Origin: Podarcis pityusensis | Taxonomy: Eukaryota | Direction: 5' to 3' (one strand) | DNA: 64,000 bases | Assembly (NCBI GenBank): GCA_964106645.2 | Contig: OZ067040.1 | Shown here: in pieces, positions 49,208 to 62,195 of the stretch | Layout: each line of letters opens with the position of its first letter | Numbering within the stretch: the stretch's first letter is position 1 | The notes under the pieces: generated by a model | Databases searched by the model: none | Seen by the model: the letters and a program-made list of their open reading frames with translations, nothing else | What the model was told of the DNA's origin: nothing | Program-made: the position numbers and the translations under genes

Positions 49208-51843
49208 CCCCCTAGATGTGCACATATTCCACATGCAATGAGGGAACCACACTGGCTGCTGATCACCTACCAGGCTATGTTCAAGGTCTTCTTGTTAACA
49301 TATGAAGTCCTGAACAATTCAGGAACAGGTTTTCTAAAAGACCGCCTACCTCTTTATAGACCTGTAAGATCATTGAGATGAGTGGTGCTCTATGCAGGTA
49401 TTATTCAGCGCCTTTTGTGCAAATATTATGCAATTCTTTTTGAAGCAGTGGTTGGCAGAGAGTTCAGAATGAAATGACTGAACCTTCTTTGGATTAAACA
49501 TTGCTCTGTAAGTCATGTCTCAGTCCCAACAAAGGGGGCATCCGAGTTGGTTCCAGGGACTGGCAGTGCTTGGCAAATTGCCTTTGCTTTGACAAGCACC
49601 TTGTGCTCCTCCTTAAGGCCCTCTCTCCTCAACATGATCGTATGGTTCTATGAAATATATATTATTGAAATAAAAGCAATTATTTAATATTTATTTGTTT
49701 ACACAGGAGATTTTTTTCAATAAAGCTAGCTGTGACTGACCTCCCCCTCACACCACTTTGCTTCCTTTGCTGCTGCTTTAAGAGAGAAGTGTGAATTCAT
49801 GGGTGTTTCTTTTTTGCTATGGATTAGTTGTGTGGCAGATGAAGAAAAAAAACAACCTCATTACTATTTTGAATTAATATTATCTCCTTGAAGGGGGGGG
49901 GGTGCGCTAACAGTGCATTGGCCCAATTCCAAAAGCAGTCCTAATGTTCTTTTGTAATTAACTTTTTTGCTTCCTTTTTCAGTGTTTCGTTAATGTCATC
50001 TGAGCTTATAGAAAAAGGTTGACAGCCAGCATGCCTAAAGTTCTATTCCAGTCTGGTTCCAGTTTTTACAAGTACCTGTAATTTTTCACAAAAATAGATA
50101 CTGTGGTGCAATACCCCCCCCCCCCGCAAAAAAATCCCCCCTATAGATTAAGCTTCTTTCTATGTGCTCATATTTGTCATAAATACATTGAGCTGGGGAA
50201 GGAAGCAGTGACTCTAGTTTTCAAGGGAATTGACAGTAGTAAGATAAAAACAGCATATTACATAGTGTGTAGTACTTGTACTTTTCAGGGGGGATGACCT
50301 CCCATGATTCTAATACCTAAATTAAGTACCAGAACAGGGGTTAGGTACCTTTAATAACTGGTATGTGAATGCTTATCTTCCTCTTCCCTTCTCTCCACCT
50401 TTTCCTTCTGTGCCATGTACTTTAAATTGTAAGCCTACAGGCAGGGACTGCCTTGTTTTTGTTGACTTTGTGTAAATCATAATGGCAACCATTATGGTAA
50501 AAAATAAAAAATGCTTTAAATGATAAATAAATAGCCAGATGATACTTTCAAAATTGGAATGAATTACCTTAAATGCTGGGGGCGGGGGAGAGAGTGTTGC
50601 TCAAGCAAAAGCTCTAAGAACTGTATTTAAAATAGCAAAATATTTATTGTAGGGAGATTTATTTGCCAACAATCAATGTTTTGCTTCCTGTGTGTATGAA
50701 ATGAGGTGCACTCTTTTTATTGACTATATAATCCCACACACAAAAAGAACAAACATAAAAGAATCAGAATCTGAAATTCTGGCAGTTTATGTTCTCTTTC
50801 ACACTTTAAGGTTATTAACATGAACAATTATTGTAAGGCTTCACAGTTTAATGGAGAAATAGCATAACAAACACCCCTGTTTAAAAGGCAGCTTAGGGCT
50901 AAGCATTTGTATCATATGCATGGGAGTCCATAGCCAAGCGGTATTTAAACAATGGGAAGGGGGTTCCTGCTTAGAATATTTTGGTAGTGCTGCTGCTGCT
51001 GTAAATTCAGATGCAGTAGCATCTAAATTTATATCCGCCCTTTAAATGCCACCATTTATCCTAAAGGGATTTCAAAACTGTTTACATCAAAGTAAGTCAA
51101 AACAACAATAGCAATTTTAAAAAATGCATTCACAGCAAAATTACAAACCAAGCAAAAACTTAAAAATTCAATTAAACAACAACTGCAGAGCTATGCCGTT
51201 TGAACCTGAAGAATGCCAGAAGGGAAGGAGTGAATTGCACAGCCCATAAGAAAGTAAAAAGAGCCTTGCTGGATCAGGCCAAAGACCCATGTAATCCAGT
51301 ATTCTGTTCTCACAGTGGCCAGTGAGATGCTTATGGGAAGTCCCCATAGAAGTTTATACTACAGCTCTTTGGCGACAATGAAGTAAGTCCTGCTTCTTGC
51401 AGAAGCCAGTCCGGCCTCCAAATACAATGGAACCTAAATCAGAGGTGGATTTATGCAAACGCAACCAGGGATGCCAAAACAATTACGTATGTAGAATGGA
51501 AGGTGAGAGCGGGGGGAGGGGATTTTGAGGCCCCAAAGTCCACCACGGCCTAAGGCAGGACCTCAACTGATTTCATACTGTAGGGAAATTCTTATGGGAG
51601 CATTTGCTCCCAAAGATATCCACTGACCAGAGCATTTAGGGTGTTTAAAGTGGATACCACAGATGGCATGTATAAGTTGCACATGCAACAGTATATGTGA
51701 TGCAATGGTGGATGTATTTTTGCCTTCAACAACTCATACTAAGCAACAGATACATCCCCAATGTTTTCCGATCTGTCAAATTCCTGAATAGAGTTGACAT
51801 GGGCTTGAAAGTTTTTAATGTGGTGTATCTGAGATGCTTGTAG

Positions 51844-51980
51844 CAGACCCTTCAAATGTCCCTGTTTTCCAGGGGTGTCCCTGATTTAGAGAAGACGTCC
51901 CGGTTTCTGATTTGATCCTAGAATGTCCCACTTTTCCTTAGGATGTCCTTAGTTTCATTGGGAAAATGTTGGAGGGCATG
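51844..51980. mobile_element. hAT-like MITE (simple form of the 28566 element)
   Basis: Ends cagacccttcaa / ttggagggcatg; repeated gtccc motifs; shared sequence with 28566-28690. Confidence 0.7.
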
Positions 51981-54203
51981 ACGCACTTATAGCAAATTGA
52001 AGGCAGATTGGTTTTGTCTAGATACTCTACAAACCACCTCATCTGCCAATGTCTTATATTCTGTTATTGTGCTTAAAGTCTCCTCACTAGATTCTCTGTA
52101 TTCCAGTATTTCCAGCAATCCTCTATATATTATTTCATGTCCATCACATCTAACCTCACAGACTGCAGAGTTTGGGAGACTGGCTCATTAATCAAAGAAT
52201 ATTTGATCACAAGACAGGCAATAAAAGTTGAAGGCAGTTGTTCAGTGCCAGAAGTATCCGCTGTTCCATCTTCTAAGACTGAGAATCTCATGGAAGCCTT
52301 AGCCTTCCCAACAACATATTCCCTCAAAATTTGGTTGCACAGCCTTGTTAACCCATTGGGCACTCTTAAACATGCGTGCTTAGCATTTCCTACCTGTGTC
52401 TTTTTTAAAAAATAAAACAAAATTCATCCCCTGCCTCAAATAAAATGTCTTCCTGCGATACTGGTCTCACCACGAATATCAAGGTCATGTGACCCACAAT
52501 GCAAAACTGTTGATATTGTAGGGTACAGTTTCTGTTAATTTTCCTCCATAGCTCTTGTATATGACCTATTAAGTTGCTGTTGACACACTTTACCAATAGG
52601 ATAGGTCTCAGAACTCACTCTAAAACTCTTGCTGACTAGATGGATGGATGTGACTGTGTGTATTAAAATAAATAGATATATTTAGGATTGGGGTGCAAAT
52701 ATCCCACTTCCCGCCACCGCCCCTGCTCCATGGAACCCTATGCTCTTCAGGCAATTAGATCAGGACCTGAGAATTCCATTTTCACCTAGTCCCAAATTAA
52801 TTTGAAGCCTGATTCCGCTTTGGAACCAGGGCTCAGCTTTGAAACACGCAGAGCACATTTTTCTCAAGAAAGAAGAGTAAGTGAAAATGAGATTCTCTCT
52901 TCCTTCAGCTTAGACTGGTGTTACTCCTTTAGGAAAACCTGAGTTTTCCTGGAAACACCTGTGTGTTAAATTAATGCAGATCCATTGTTTCTGTTGAGAT
53001 TCTCTGCAATGGATGTACAGAAGTTTACCAACCTTTCAGCTAAAAAGATAGTTGCACTGCAACTTGCAGGAAATTCCTGCTAACCCTTTTTAAACACAGC
53101 AATTAACAGGATGAATCAGTTTCAGCCACATAAGATCAAAGAAACCTCCCATCCGCTGACTAGTGAAAATGATTCCAGAAAGAAGCCACTTAATCTCTAG
53201 CAATAAAGTAGACAGTCTCTTGATTCCAACAGGGTTACATGAATTCTTAATTTTCTTGTCAAAAATATCTGCTGCCCCTATTGAAATGTTTGATTTTTCG
53301 TTATTCATGACATACCTTCCTTTAGATAAAAACTTTTCAGTGATGGATCAAGTGATTCCTTGAGGTGATCACGACCAAAGCAGATAATCTATATTTTATT
53401 TATTTTACAAAATTATTGAGAATTACAATTATTTACATGGATTGAACAGGGAAAAAACCCAATGAACAAATAAATTTCTGGGCCAGAGAAAAGGTATCAC
53501 AATTATAATGGCCCAACAGCTGAGCTAATGTAATATTATTTCTGATAATGGGTCTAATATAGAAGAAAATAATCATATTCGTCAGAGTGACTTAAGACAT
53601 TATAAACAACATTAACAGATGCTAATTCCCCAGAAACTTGAATCCTTAATGATTTTTTTCAAAATTGTCACATAATGGGCTGAAAATGTTATTAGTGTTA
53701 TTTGTATGAAAAATAAATGTACTCCATTCTACTAAAAAGGCATCCTGTTTTGTTTGTCTCTTGATGACATGGTTTTAATGCGTAAGCTTCCCTGCAATGG
53801 CAAATTTCCAAAGCGTACTGTACTAGAAATCCATGGCAAGAGTCCTATTGTTCTTCTACACTTGTGTTATCGTAAGTCTGGCAGCAACTAACGTGAATCT
53901 AATCAAATCCTTATTACGACCCACCACTGAGTCAAACAGTGAACGTAGCATTTATTTTGTTTGGTGTTTTAGCAATTCTTTACCCAAAAAATATGCCAAA
54001 ATTTGGCACACGCCCCCCCCCATCCCTCTTGCCTTCCATTCTACTCAGTTCAGTACATCATAGTTGTGATTCCTTAAATCTGCCTCTGTTCTGGGGGGCA
54101 TAGAAACTGACAGCAGTTGTTTAACTTTCCAGATGCTATCCCACTGACAAAGAGGGTTTTCTTCCCCTGTATGTCTGTACTAAACTCCCCACAGCCTTTT
54201 CTG

Positions 54204-54461
54204 TGAGCCAGTGTGGTGTAGTGGTTAAGAGAGGTAGACTCGTAATCTGGTGAACCGGGTTCGTGCCTCCGCTCCTCCACATGCAGCTGCTGGGTGACCT
54301 TGGGCTAGTCACACTTCTCGGAAGTCTCTCAGCCTCACTCACCTCACAGAGTGTTTGTTGTGGGGGAGGAAGGGAAAGGAAAATGTTAGCCGCTTTGAGA
54401 CTCCTTAGGGTAGTGATAAAGCGGGATATCAAATCCAAACTCTTCTTCTTCTTCATCTTCT
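54204..54461 (+). mobile_element. tRNA-derived SINE (Squam3-like)
   Basis: gagccagtgtggtgtagtggttaagag (box A), gggttcg (box B), (CTT)n tail; matches the 40640 copy. Confidence 0.85.
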
Positions 54462-54711
54462 ATTATAATGCAGAAGAGTTTGAAACCAGGCTCTTTGATT
54501 CTTCTGTCACACCCAAACCAAGCTCTCAATAGGTACAAAACTCCTGGTAGTTTCCTCCTGAATCTTGCTGCTGGGAATAAAATAACCAATTGGTTGGCTT
54601 GACTTGGATATCTGCCTCTCAGTTGTACAAGCCAGCACAGTCCCTTCCCTTCCCAAACTCTTGAGTTGTGTCTCTCTGTCCACACTGTAGGAGGATGGAT
54701 AATTTAATATG

Positions 54712-55167
54712 AGAGGCCCAGTATACCTGAAGGAACATCTCCACCCCCATCGTTCAGCCCGGAGCATAGCTGTCAACTTTTCCCTTTTCTTGCGAGGAAT
54801 CCTATTTGGAATAAGGGAATTTCCCTTTAAAAAAGGGAAACGTTGACAGCTATGGCCCGGACACTGAGGTCCAGCACTGAGGGCCTTCTGGCGGTTCCCT
54901 CACTGTGAGAAGTGAGGTCACATGGAACTAGACAGAGGGCCTTCTCAGTGGTGGCGCCCACCCTGTGGAACGTCCTCCCATCAGATGTCAAGGAAATAAA
55001 CAACTATCTGACTTTTAGAAGACATCTGAAGGCAGCCTTGTTCAGGGAAGTTTTTAATGTTTGATGCTTTATTCTGTTCAATATTCAGTTGGGAGCCGCC
55101 CAGAGTGGCTGGGGAAAGCCAGCCAGATGGGCTGGGTATAAATATTATTATTATTATTATTATTATT
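54712..55167 (+). mobile_element. L2 3' fragment interrupted by a MITE
   Basis: GPVYLKEHL, RAFSVVAPTLWNVLP and FRRHLKAALF motifs; (TTA)n tail. Confidence 0.85.
54765..54854. mobile_element. 90-bp hAT MITE nested in L2
   Basis: Same TIR as the 17337 element; TSD gcccggag/gcccggac. Confidence 0.9.
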
Positions 55168-56367
55168 AGTTGTCAAATTTTGCAGAGCAAAAAAGAGGAC
55201 ACATTTGCCGACTTCTACTTTTAATTATGGATTGCTATGACAACTCTCATTTCACGTACCCATGTAAAAGAGGACATGTTCTGGAAAAAGAGGACATATG
55301 GCAACCCATGGGGAGAAAGACAGAGATGCAGAGAGCTGAGTTCGGGCTTTGTAAGCCCCTTACAGTGCTGGCTGCCTCCCTAGAGATCCAGTGTGGAAGA
55401 ACCAAATTTGGGCCTATCTGTTAAAGAGTATTTAAGCTGTTCACCTCCATCTATGATCAACCTGTACATTTGTAAAGAAATGCAAATATTGCAAAATGCC
55501 AATAAGCCACCAAATGTGAGTAGGCACTGCACCCCCGGAACTTCTCACGGCTTGGAAAACTGGAGTACATGTAACAGTATGAATCACTGAGTTAAAGAAG
55601 TAACAACAGAGAGCTTTAAAGCGTACAGGTAATATTTTTAAGAGCTCTCCTACTGACATTCCGCCAAGGAAGTGTATATTTCCAATAAACCCATCCCTCT
55701 TTATTCTTGCATTTGGTTAATGCTACAGTGCTTTTGGAGTAAAGAAAAGCAGTAACTGCACAGCAACATTAGAAAGAGACACTACATAAATTCTCTTCTT
55801 GGTTGCCATCTGTTGCTGTAGCTGCCATTTGTTTAAATGGCATTGCAGAAGTGCAATCGGTTTGCTCCATTAGCTTTTGTGATTTAACCTTCACTATTTG
55901 GTTTTGGTCTAGTAGCCTATAGCAAGAGACAAAATTAAATTGTAAAGTAAGGGGAGATACGAAACGCTAGGCTGATGTAGCAATTATATGAAATGTCCTT
56001 GCCTAGCAAATGCATTCATTAATGAGTTTATTTATAGGTTGCCAACTTTCCAACACATGAATAAGAAATTCCAAGAACTGCTGTTTTTAGTCAAGAGTAT
56101 TACATTATTCAATTATGAAGCAATTCATAAATGCAATTAATTAACTGAAGATTCACATTCCCAAACTTTCCATATATGGTTATATATCCTATAACACATT
56201 GATTGATATCTGTATGATTTATAGATGTTCCAGCAAATATCCAAAGTCTGATATATGTCAGCACTCATGTGAATCACAGACTTTTTGTAGGCCTGAAGAA
56301 TTCATTGATACGTCATTATATATTAAGAGTCAACTAAATGTGATTGGAAAATACAGAAGTGAATATT

Positions 56368-57356
56368 CTTTCTTTTCTTTTTTTATTAAAGATTTTCTTG
56401 TTTTACAGAAGTAAGTGTAATATCTCGTATTTTTTCCGTGTAACATTTTTATAAATCTGTTTCATTTGTTGAGACATTAGGGGGAGAATTAAAAAAGGGG
56501 GGTGGAGGAAGGGAAGATGGGTGGGGTTGGGGTTGGGTGGCGATGTTTCTATTATGCTTAATGTATGTAGGGTTTGGTGTCAGCGTTGCTTGTGTTGTTC
56601 ACTTGTGTTCCTTTGGTGGTGAGAGAGGTTGGGGTTGGCCTAGGGTGTGGTTGTTTGTTTGTGATTGGCTGTGGTGATCTTTGTTTTCATGTGTGAGTGG
56701 GGTGGGTGTTTTGGATCAGGTTAGCCATATTGATTTGTATGCTGTTGGTGGATTATTGTCATTGTCTTGTCGGGCTGCGTATGTGATAAAGGGGAGCCAT
56801 ACTGGGGTGAAGGTGTCTTCCTCTATTTGTCCCCGCACCAGTTTCAGTTCATTGGTTGATTTTTCTAGTAAGGCTGTTTCCCATACTATTTGGTACCATT
56901 GGTCCATGCTTACTCCTGACAGGTCTCTCCGGTGTCTGGTTATGGTGTTTCTGGCTGCTGAAAGTAGATGGGTTATGAGTTCTTTGTGGTGTAAATGGGC
57001 ATTGTTGTCTTGGAAGATGTTTAGTAGAGCCAATTCTGGGGTGATGTCTAATACTTGCTTAGTTATTTTACATATTTCTCGTATGGCTGTTGTCCAGAAT
57101 AGTTGGATTTTGGGACACTCCCACCACATGTGGAGGTATGTGCCTGTGGAGGTGCACCCTCTCCAGCATTTTGGTGAGGTTCCTGGGCGTATTAGTGCTA
57201 GTTTTCTTGGTGTTAGGTACCACCTGTAGGTGAGTTTCAGAGTGAGTTCTTTTCTTTTCGCTGATATGGATTTAAAGGGGGGGGGGTTTAGACCACATTC
57301 TGGTCCATTGAGTGGGGTTAATCTCATAGCCTATGTCATTCTCCCATTGTTTTTTG
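56368..57356 (-). mobile_element. Young 5'-truncated L1-type LINE (ORF2 cysteine-rich C-terminus plus 3' UTR)
   Basis: RWYLTP..L...CWRGC...GTYLHMWWECPKIQLFW zinc-knuckle region; A-rich tail; perfect 17-bp TSD atacagaagtgaatatt at 56351-56367 and 57357-57373. Confidence 0.93.
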
Positions 57357-58354
57357 ATACAGAAGTGAATATTGACAAAGGGTGGAGAAATACATGTTTA
57401 TTTTCAGACATTCAGCTAAATGCTTCAGGAAGATCAGCATTTGCACATGAATGTCAACAGAAACATTCACCACAATGTGGATGTTCACTTTAATATTGCT
57501 GGGTATAACAGAACTATGAAGTGCATTTATTTTTAAATGAGATTCTTCTCTTGGATTTTCAGCTGTGGTATTGTACCTTTCAGATACTGTCTTCTTTGCT
57601 TAAAACTCCTGTTTGGTTTTCTCAAAAGCTGTGATGCTCAATCTCTGCAATGCTTTTCCCAAGCAGATGCTCTTATGTGCACCTGACATTTTCCCCCAGG
57701 CTTTAAAAAAAAATCTATTAGAAGGATCTGATTTTGGGTACTCTTGTTGTTGACTGCTTTAATGTTATATCTGCTGCTATAATGTTATGCTGTTATATAA
57801 TGTTATATATGCTGTTATTTCTCTTTTAATTTCTGGGGAACACCTAGATGACATTGTTAGCAGACAGTACCTAAATGACAATAATAGAATAGAATAATAT
57901 ATACCTGTGTGCACAACTGAACACAGGAGACTTACATCGAAGTAAATATGCACAGGACTGTGCTGCAAGGGTCATTATGAACAGTTTTCAGGAAACGTGA
58001 AAAAGACTTGCAGAGCTTCTTGCTGTTATCATCCTGGCTGCATGCCAGACACCTGACTGCCCTCTCTGAGGGAGAAGCAAGGCTATGTTTTTCAGCATGA
58101 AAACCTGACTTTTCAGATATTGTAAATTAAGGTAAATGTGCCCTGGTATGCACTGTGCCATCTGGCAGGGTTGTTTAAAAGGTTTGTTTTTATGATTGCT
58201 TGGCTTGGCTTTGTATGCTATGATTATATTCCTCATTTCTTTCCCCGTTTTGTTTTGTTTTTTAGGTTTTAATTCATTTTGCCTTGGGATACTTACCTCT
58301 TAGGACTGCTTTGCCTAATGGTCTTCATTAATTAAATGCAGAAAATGCTTTCAA

Positions 58355-59610
58355 ATACTTCATTTTTTGTGTCTGTCTCGGGAAGGAGTGCGCCTTCGGA
58401 GGTGAAGTCAAACCATTGGAGAGTTACATTGCCTACTTTGGCTGTAGAAACCGATATGGGAGAGACATGTTTTGCTGCAGCTGGGCCAGATGAAGGCGTC
58501 CAATTGTGCTGCTGCAGATGCATCGTGGCGTTTCTTTTTTCTGTGCTGCTGCCAGCAGTTATTCCTCCTCTGGTCACTGCTGTGAATACACAACCTACTG
58601 TCTCCAGGTGTTGCAATCATCTGCAAGACATTCCCACACGAAGGGGTTGATTTTGCCAGCCTTCATACCATGTGCAGACATCTTTGTAACACTGAGTTGG
58701 TATTCCAACAGTTATGGGGGGGCTGAAGCTAGTTCCTCATGGAGCTCGTCCTTGGGGATCCTGCCATCTTCCTGTGGACATGACTGTGGCGATCACACAG
58801 GGTCGCTGGACGTTTGACGGTCTATTGATCCCTGTGCCACCACTGTGATTGCTTCCCCGCTGCCACCAACCCATTTCTCTCGGGTACACACGGAGTCCAG
58901 ACAGTTGTTAACATTAAATCAAATAAGCAAGTTTATTTTATAAGCATTAACAAGGTTATGGTTTCAGATAATTTTTCTTGTCAGTTTCTTAATATTAGTT
59001 TCTTTACCGGCCTATACCTTCCTAATAACTTCTAACTGATTATACCAACTCTCTATCTGACTCCTCCTAACAGTTTCTCTCACTCTCTCACATCAAAACT
59101 AGACCAACCCACAGACTTATCCTCCCTCTTCCTTCTCCAACTCCCAACTGACTTCCCAACAACTCCAACTCTAACTCTAACTCCTCCCCTTGGGTTCCCA
59201 CTGGCCAATCACTTCACACTCATTTAACCCTTTCCTTATGACCCACCTAGGAGGGCAAACGCCACAATGACCAAGCCAGTGTAGACGTCGTTGAGACAGA
59301 AGTGTGAAGGTGCTGGGAATGTGAGCTTGGGAGAGCACATATTTGTTTGAGACCGTGTCCTGCCATGTGATGACTCAAATCTTCCTGACACAGTGCATGT
59401 GGATGGTATCGAAGCGTTGCTCCTGGCAGTGGTCAGTTGCCCACAACTCACTACCATAAAACAGCATGCTCAACCGCAAGCCCGGTAGACCTTCATGCTG
59501 GTATCGGTCGCTAACACCTCATTCTGTCATACCCTTTTGAAGAGGCGAGCCATTGCCGAAGCAGCCTTGCCAATACACTTGTCCAGCTCAGCATTGATGG
59601 AGAGGTTGTG
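58355..59610 (-). mobile_element. RTE LINE 3' portion split by a solo LTR
   Basis: IGKAASAMARL...YGSELW...LHWLGH | VHR..DGRIPKD...C..C.KTC.SHIG motifs continue across the insertion. Confidence 0.85.
58785..59266 (-). mobile_element. Solo LTR (482 bp)
   Basis: TGTGGCG...CGCCACA inverted termini; 5-bp TSD atgac (58780-58784, 59267-59271); splits the RTE frame exactly; AATAAA on the minus strand sets the orientation. Confidence 0.88.
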
Positions 59611-60903
59611 TGGGTTGGTTTTACTGCTATTGTAAATGAATATTTTATAACATCTTGCATAAACCCCTCAGAGATTGATTAAGTGGCATACAGATTTTGC
59701 TAAATAAATAACGTTAGGTTGATGGGCAGAGCAAATCTAACTTCCTCCAGGGGACTGAAGAGGCAGAACCGCCATGGCATCTTGAGCCCCGCTGCTCACA
59801 TCAACCGGGGCAAAAGGTGGAGGTGGATATAGCTGTGGCTTTTGCTGCACCAGGTCCAGATCAGACTCTTTTCTAGGAACTGGCTTGACTTAGGATCCAG
59901 CAGGTCCTTCAGCTCTGCCTCTGGCCCACTCTCCAGACACCAGTGGGGTAGCATTGCAAGTGTATACAAGCAATATTCATGAAATTGCTGGGGACTTCTT
60001 GTTTATGTATAATTAACAAACACTGATTTTTCTACTCAGAAATACTGTGCAACATATTCAGTTGATCAAGCTTCTTTCCTCTGGAATAAAATAAACAACC
60101 CAACGAGGTGGTGCCTTATTCCTCTGGAATGTTATGATTTTGATTTTCATGGTGCAACATATGTTTAGTCAAAATGGTTTCCCTTGCAATCCTATAAGAA
60201 TTAAGGGCCCAGCTATTTGACCAACCATCAAGTTACTTTCCTAATCCTACTCCCATGAACGTAATTTATATATTGGACTATAGGAGACCATTTGCCTTAA
60301 GAATTTTTTCCCAATTGTGTTTAAAAACAGCACCGGGACAGAACAGCTGAGGTTCTCCCAATGGAAACAAATTATGGCAATAGAGATATAGAACAGTTAT
60401 TCTGAGTATTAGTACATGGTAGGCAGGCAGAAAGGAAAGAATAGTTTATTAGGTGGGAGGAATAATATGAGCTAGTTGATCCTTATCTTTCCCCTAAAAA
60501 ACTATGGGCCAGAGCACAGTGCATTCTAGATAGATTAGTGTGTTTTTAAATTTTTCAATTCAGCAGTTTTGCTTGCTTCTTCTCTATGTTATCCACAAAA
60601 GTTTGGAGGCAGGAGAATCAAGAGCCGATATAACAGCTTTGCTGCTTTAAGCAAAATTTTGAGAATCTGATGGTATCCAACAGAGGAGCAAATGGTCAAA
60701 ATATTAAAGGATCTCTAGTCAAAATTTTAGGATGCTCTCTGTATTTAATAGAAAAATCCCCTTTCCCCCACCGTCCTCTCCCTGTCTTGAAGCAGATGAG
60801 AATTCCCGTCAGTAATTTTGAACATGCACTGCCAATTGTCTGCAGCATCTTGGGTCTTACAACTTATCTGTGGACCTGAACCTCCATCTCTCAGCCTAAC
60901 CTA

Positions 60904-62195
60904 CGAGGGGCATTCATTAAAGATTTCCCCTGACGTGCTTCCCGTGGACTGAGACAAATGAAACTGGGCACAGTTATTAGTCCTTCTCTACATAGATACC
61001 AGCAAGAGTCAAACACTTCTCCCATCGCTTTATGCAGCTGTGGAGACCTTGTCTGTAGAAGTCGGCAGGTTGCGTCAGAAGCCACAACTTGTCAGACATC
61101 AGCATTTCATCGTCTGGAAAAAGCTTGCCCTTCAAAAATAACTTCGTGGTTGGAAAGAGGTGGAAGTCCAATGGTGCAAGGTCAGGAGAATAAAGGGGGT
61201 GAGGAAGGATTTCATAGCCACAGGACCATGCTTCCATCTGAGTAACATGCAAGTTGTGAATCGAGGCGTTATCCTGCAGGAGGCAGACACCTTTGGTCAG
61301 TATACCATGCTTCTCAATTTTGATGGCCTTCCACAATTTCTGCAGCAGTGAAGCGTAGTATGTCTCGGTAATTGTAGTACCCTTTGCCAGGAAATCCATC
61401 AGCACTACTCCGCACTGGTCCCAAAAGACCATGAGCTTGACCTTGCCCACTGACAGTTGGACACGGGCCTACTTTGGCAGTTGTGAGGCAGAGTGCTTCC
61501 ATTGTTTGGAGTGTGATTTAGTCTCTGAGTCATAACGATGGACCCATGTTTTGTCTTGAGTCTAATGGGGCCTTAGTCTGGCGAAGAGGTCATCATGGTT
61601 TTCATGACACATGGCCAAAAAAGCCCATGAGCATTTGACTCATTCCTGCTTCTGGAAAGGCGTCAGCAGCCAGGAAACCCATAGTGCGGACACCTTTCTC
61701 ATGTGCAAATGGTCATGGATGATTTTTTCTACAGAGCCCACACTGATCTTGACATCTGCATCTAGTTGGCAAACGGTTATGCGGCGATCCTCCAAAATGG
61801 CGGACATGCCGCATGGTGTCTTCATCAATAGTGGACTGTGGTCACCCAGGAATGGGAGCCTTTCCACCAAAGTCCGACCACACTTGAACTGACGATGCCA
61901 GTGCTTGACTACGTCATACGATGGGGCATCCTCTCCATAGTCCCTTTCATCTCATCGAACGTTTCCCATGGTGTGCGCCTTTCAAGTACAGGAACCTGAT
62001 GACCGCTCTGGATTCAACTGGTTCCATTATCAGACGTTACTCCATGTTAGCACCCGTAACAGAGAAACCATTAGGAACTCAGAGCTACAAATTACCACGT
62101 TACCTATGGAGAGAGGTATCATTATACATGTGCAATTTCACCCTCCTACAATAACCAGAAGTGGGTCAGGGGAAATCTTTAATGAATAACCCTTA
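60904..62195 (-). mobile_element. Full-length mariner element (1292 bp), probably irritans/Hsmar2-like
   Basis: About 31-bp TIRs (cgagggg)cattcattaaagatttcccctgac; TA TSD at 60902-60903 and 62196-62197. Confidence 0.92.
60977..62027 (-). pseudogene. Mariner transposase, disrupted (DD34D)
   Basis: Starts MEPVESRAVIRFLYLKG; motifs WVSWLLT (WVP-like), DKTWVH, VFWD, LLQDNA, YSPDLAPLDFHLF; 34 residues between the 2nd and 3rd D; multiple frameshifts. Confidence 0.9.
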
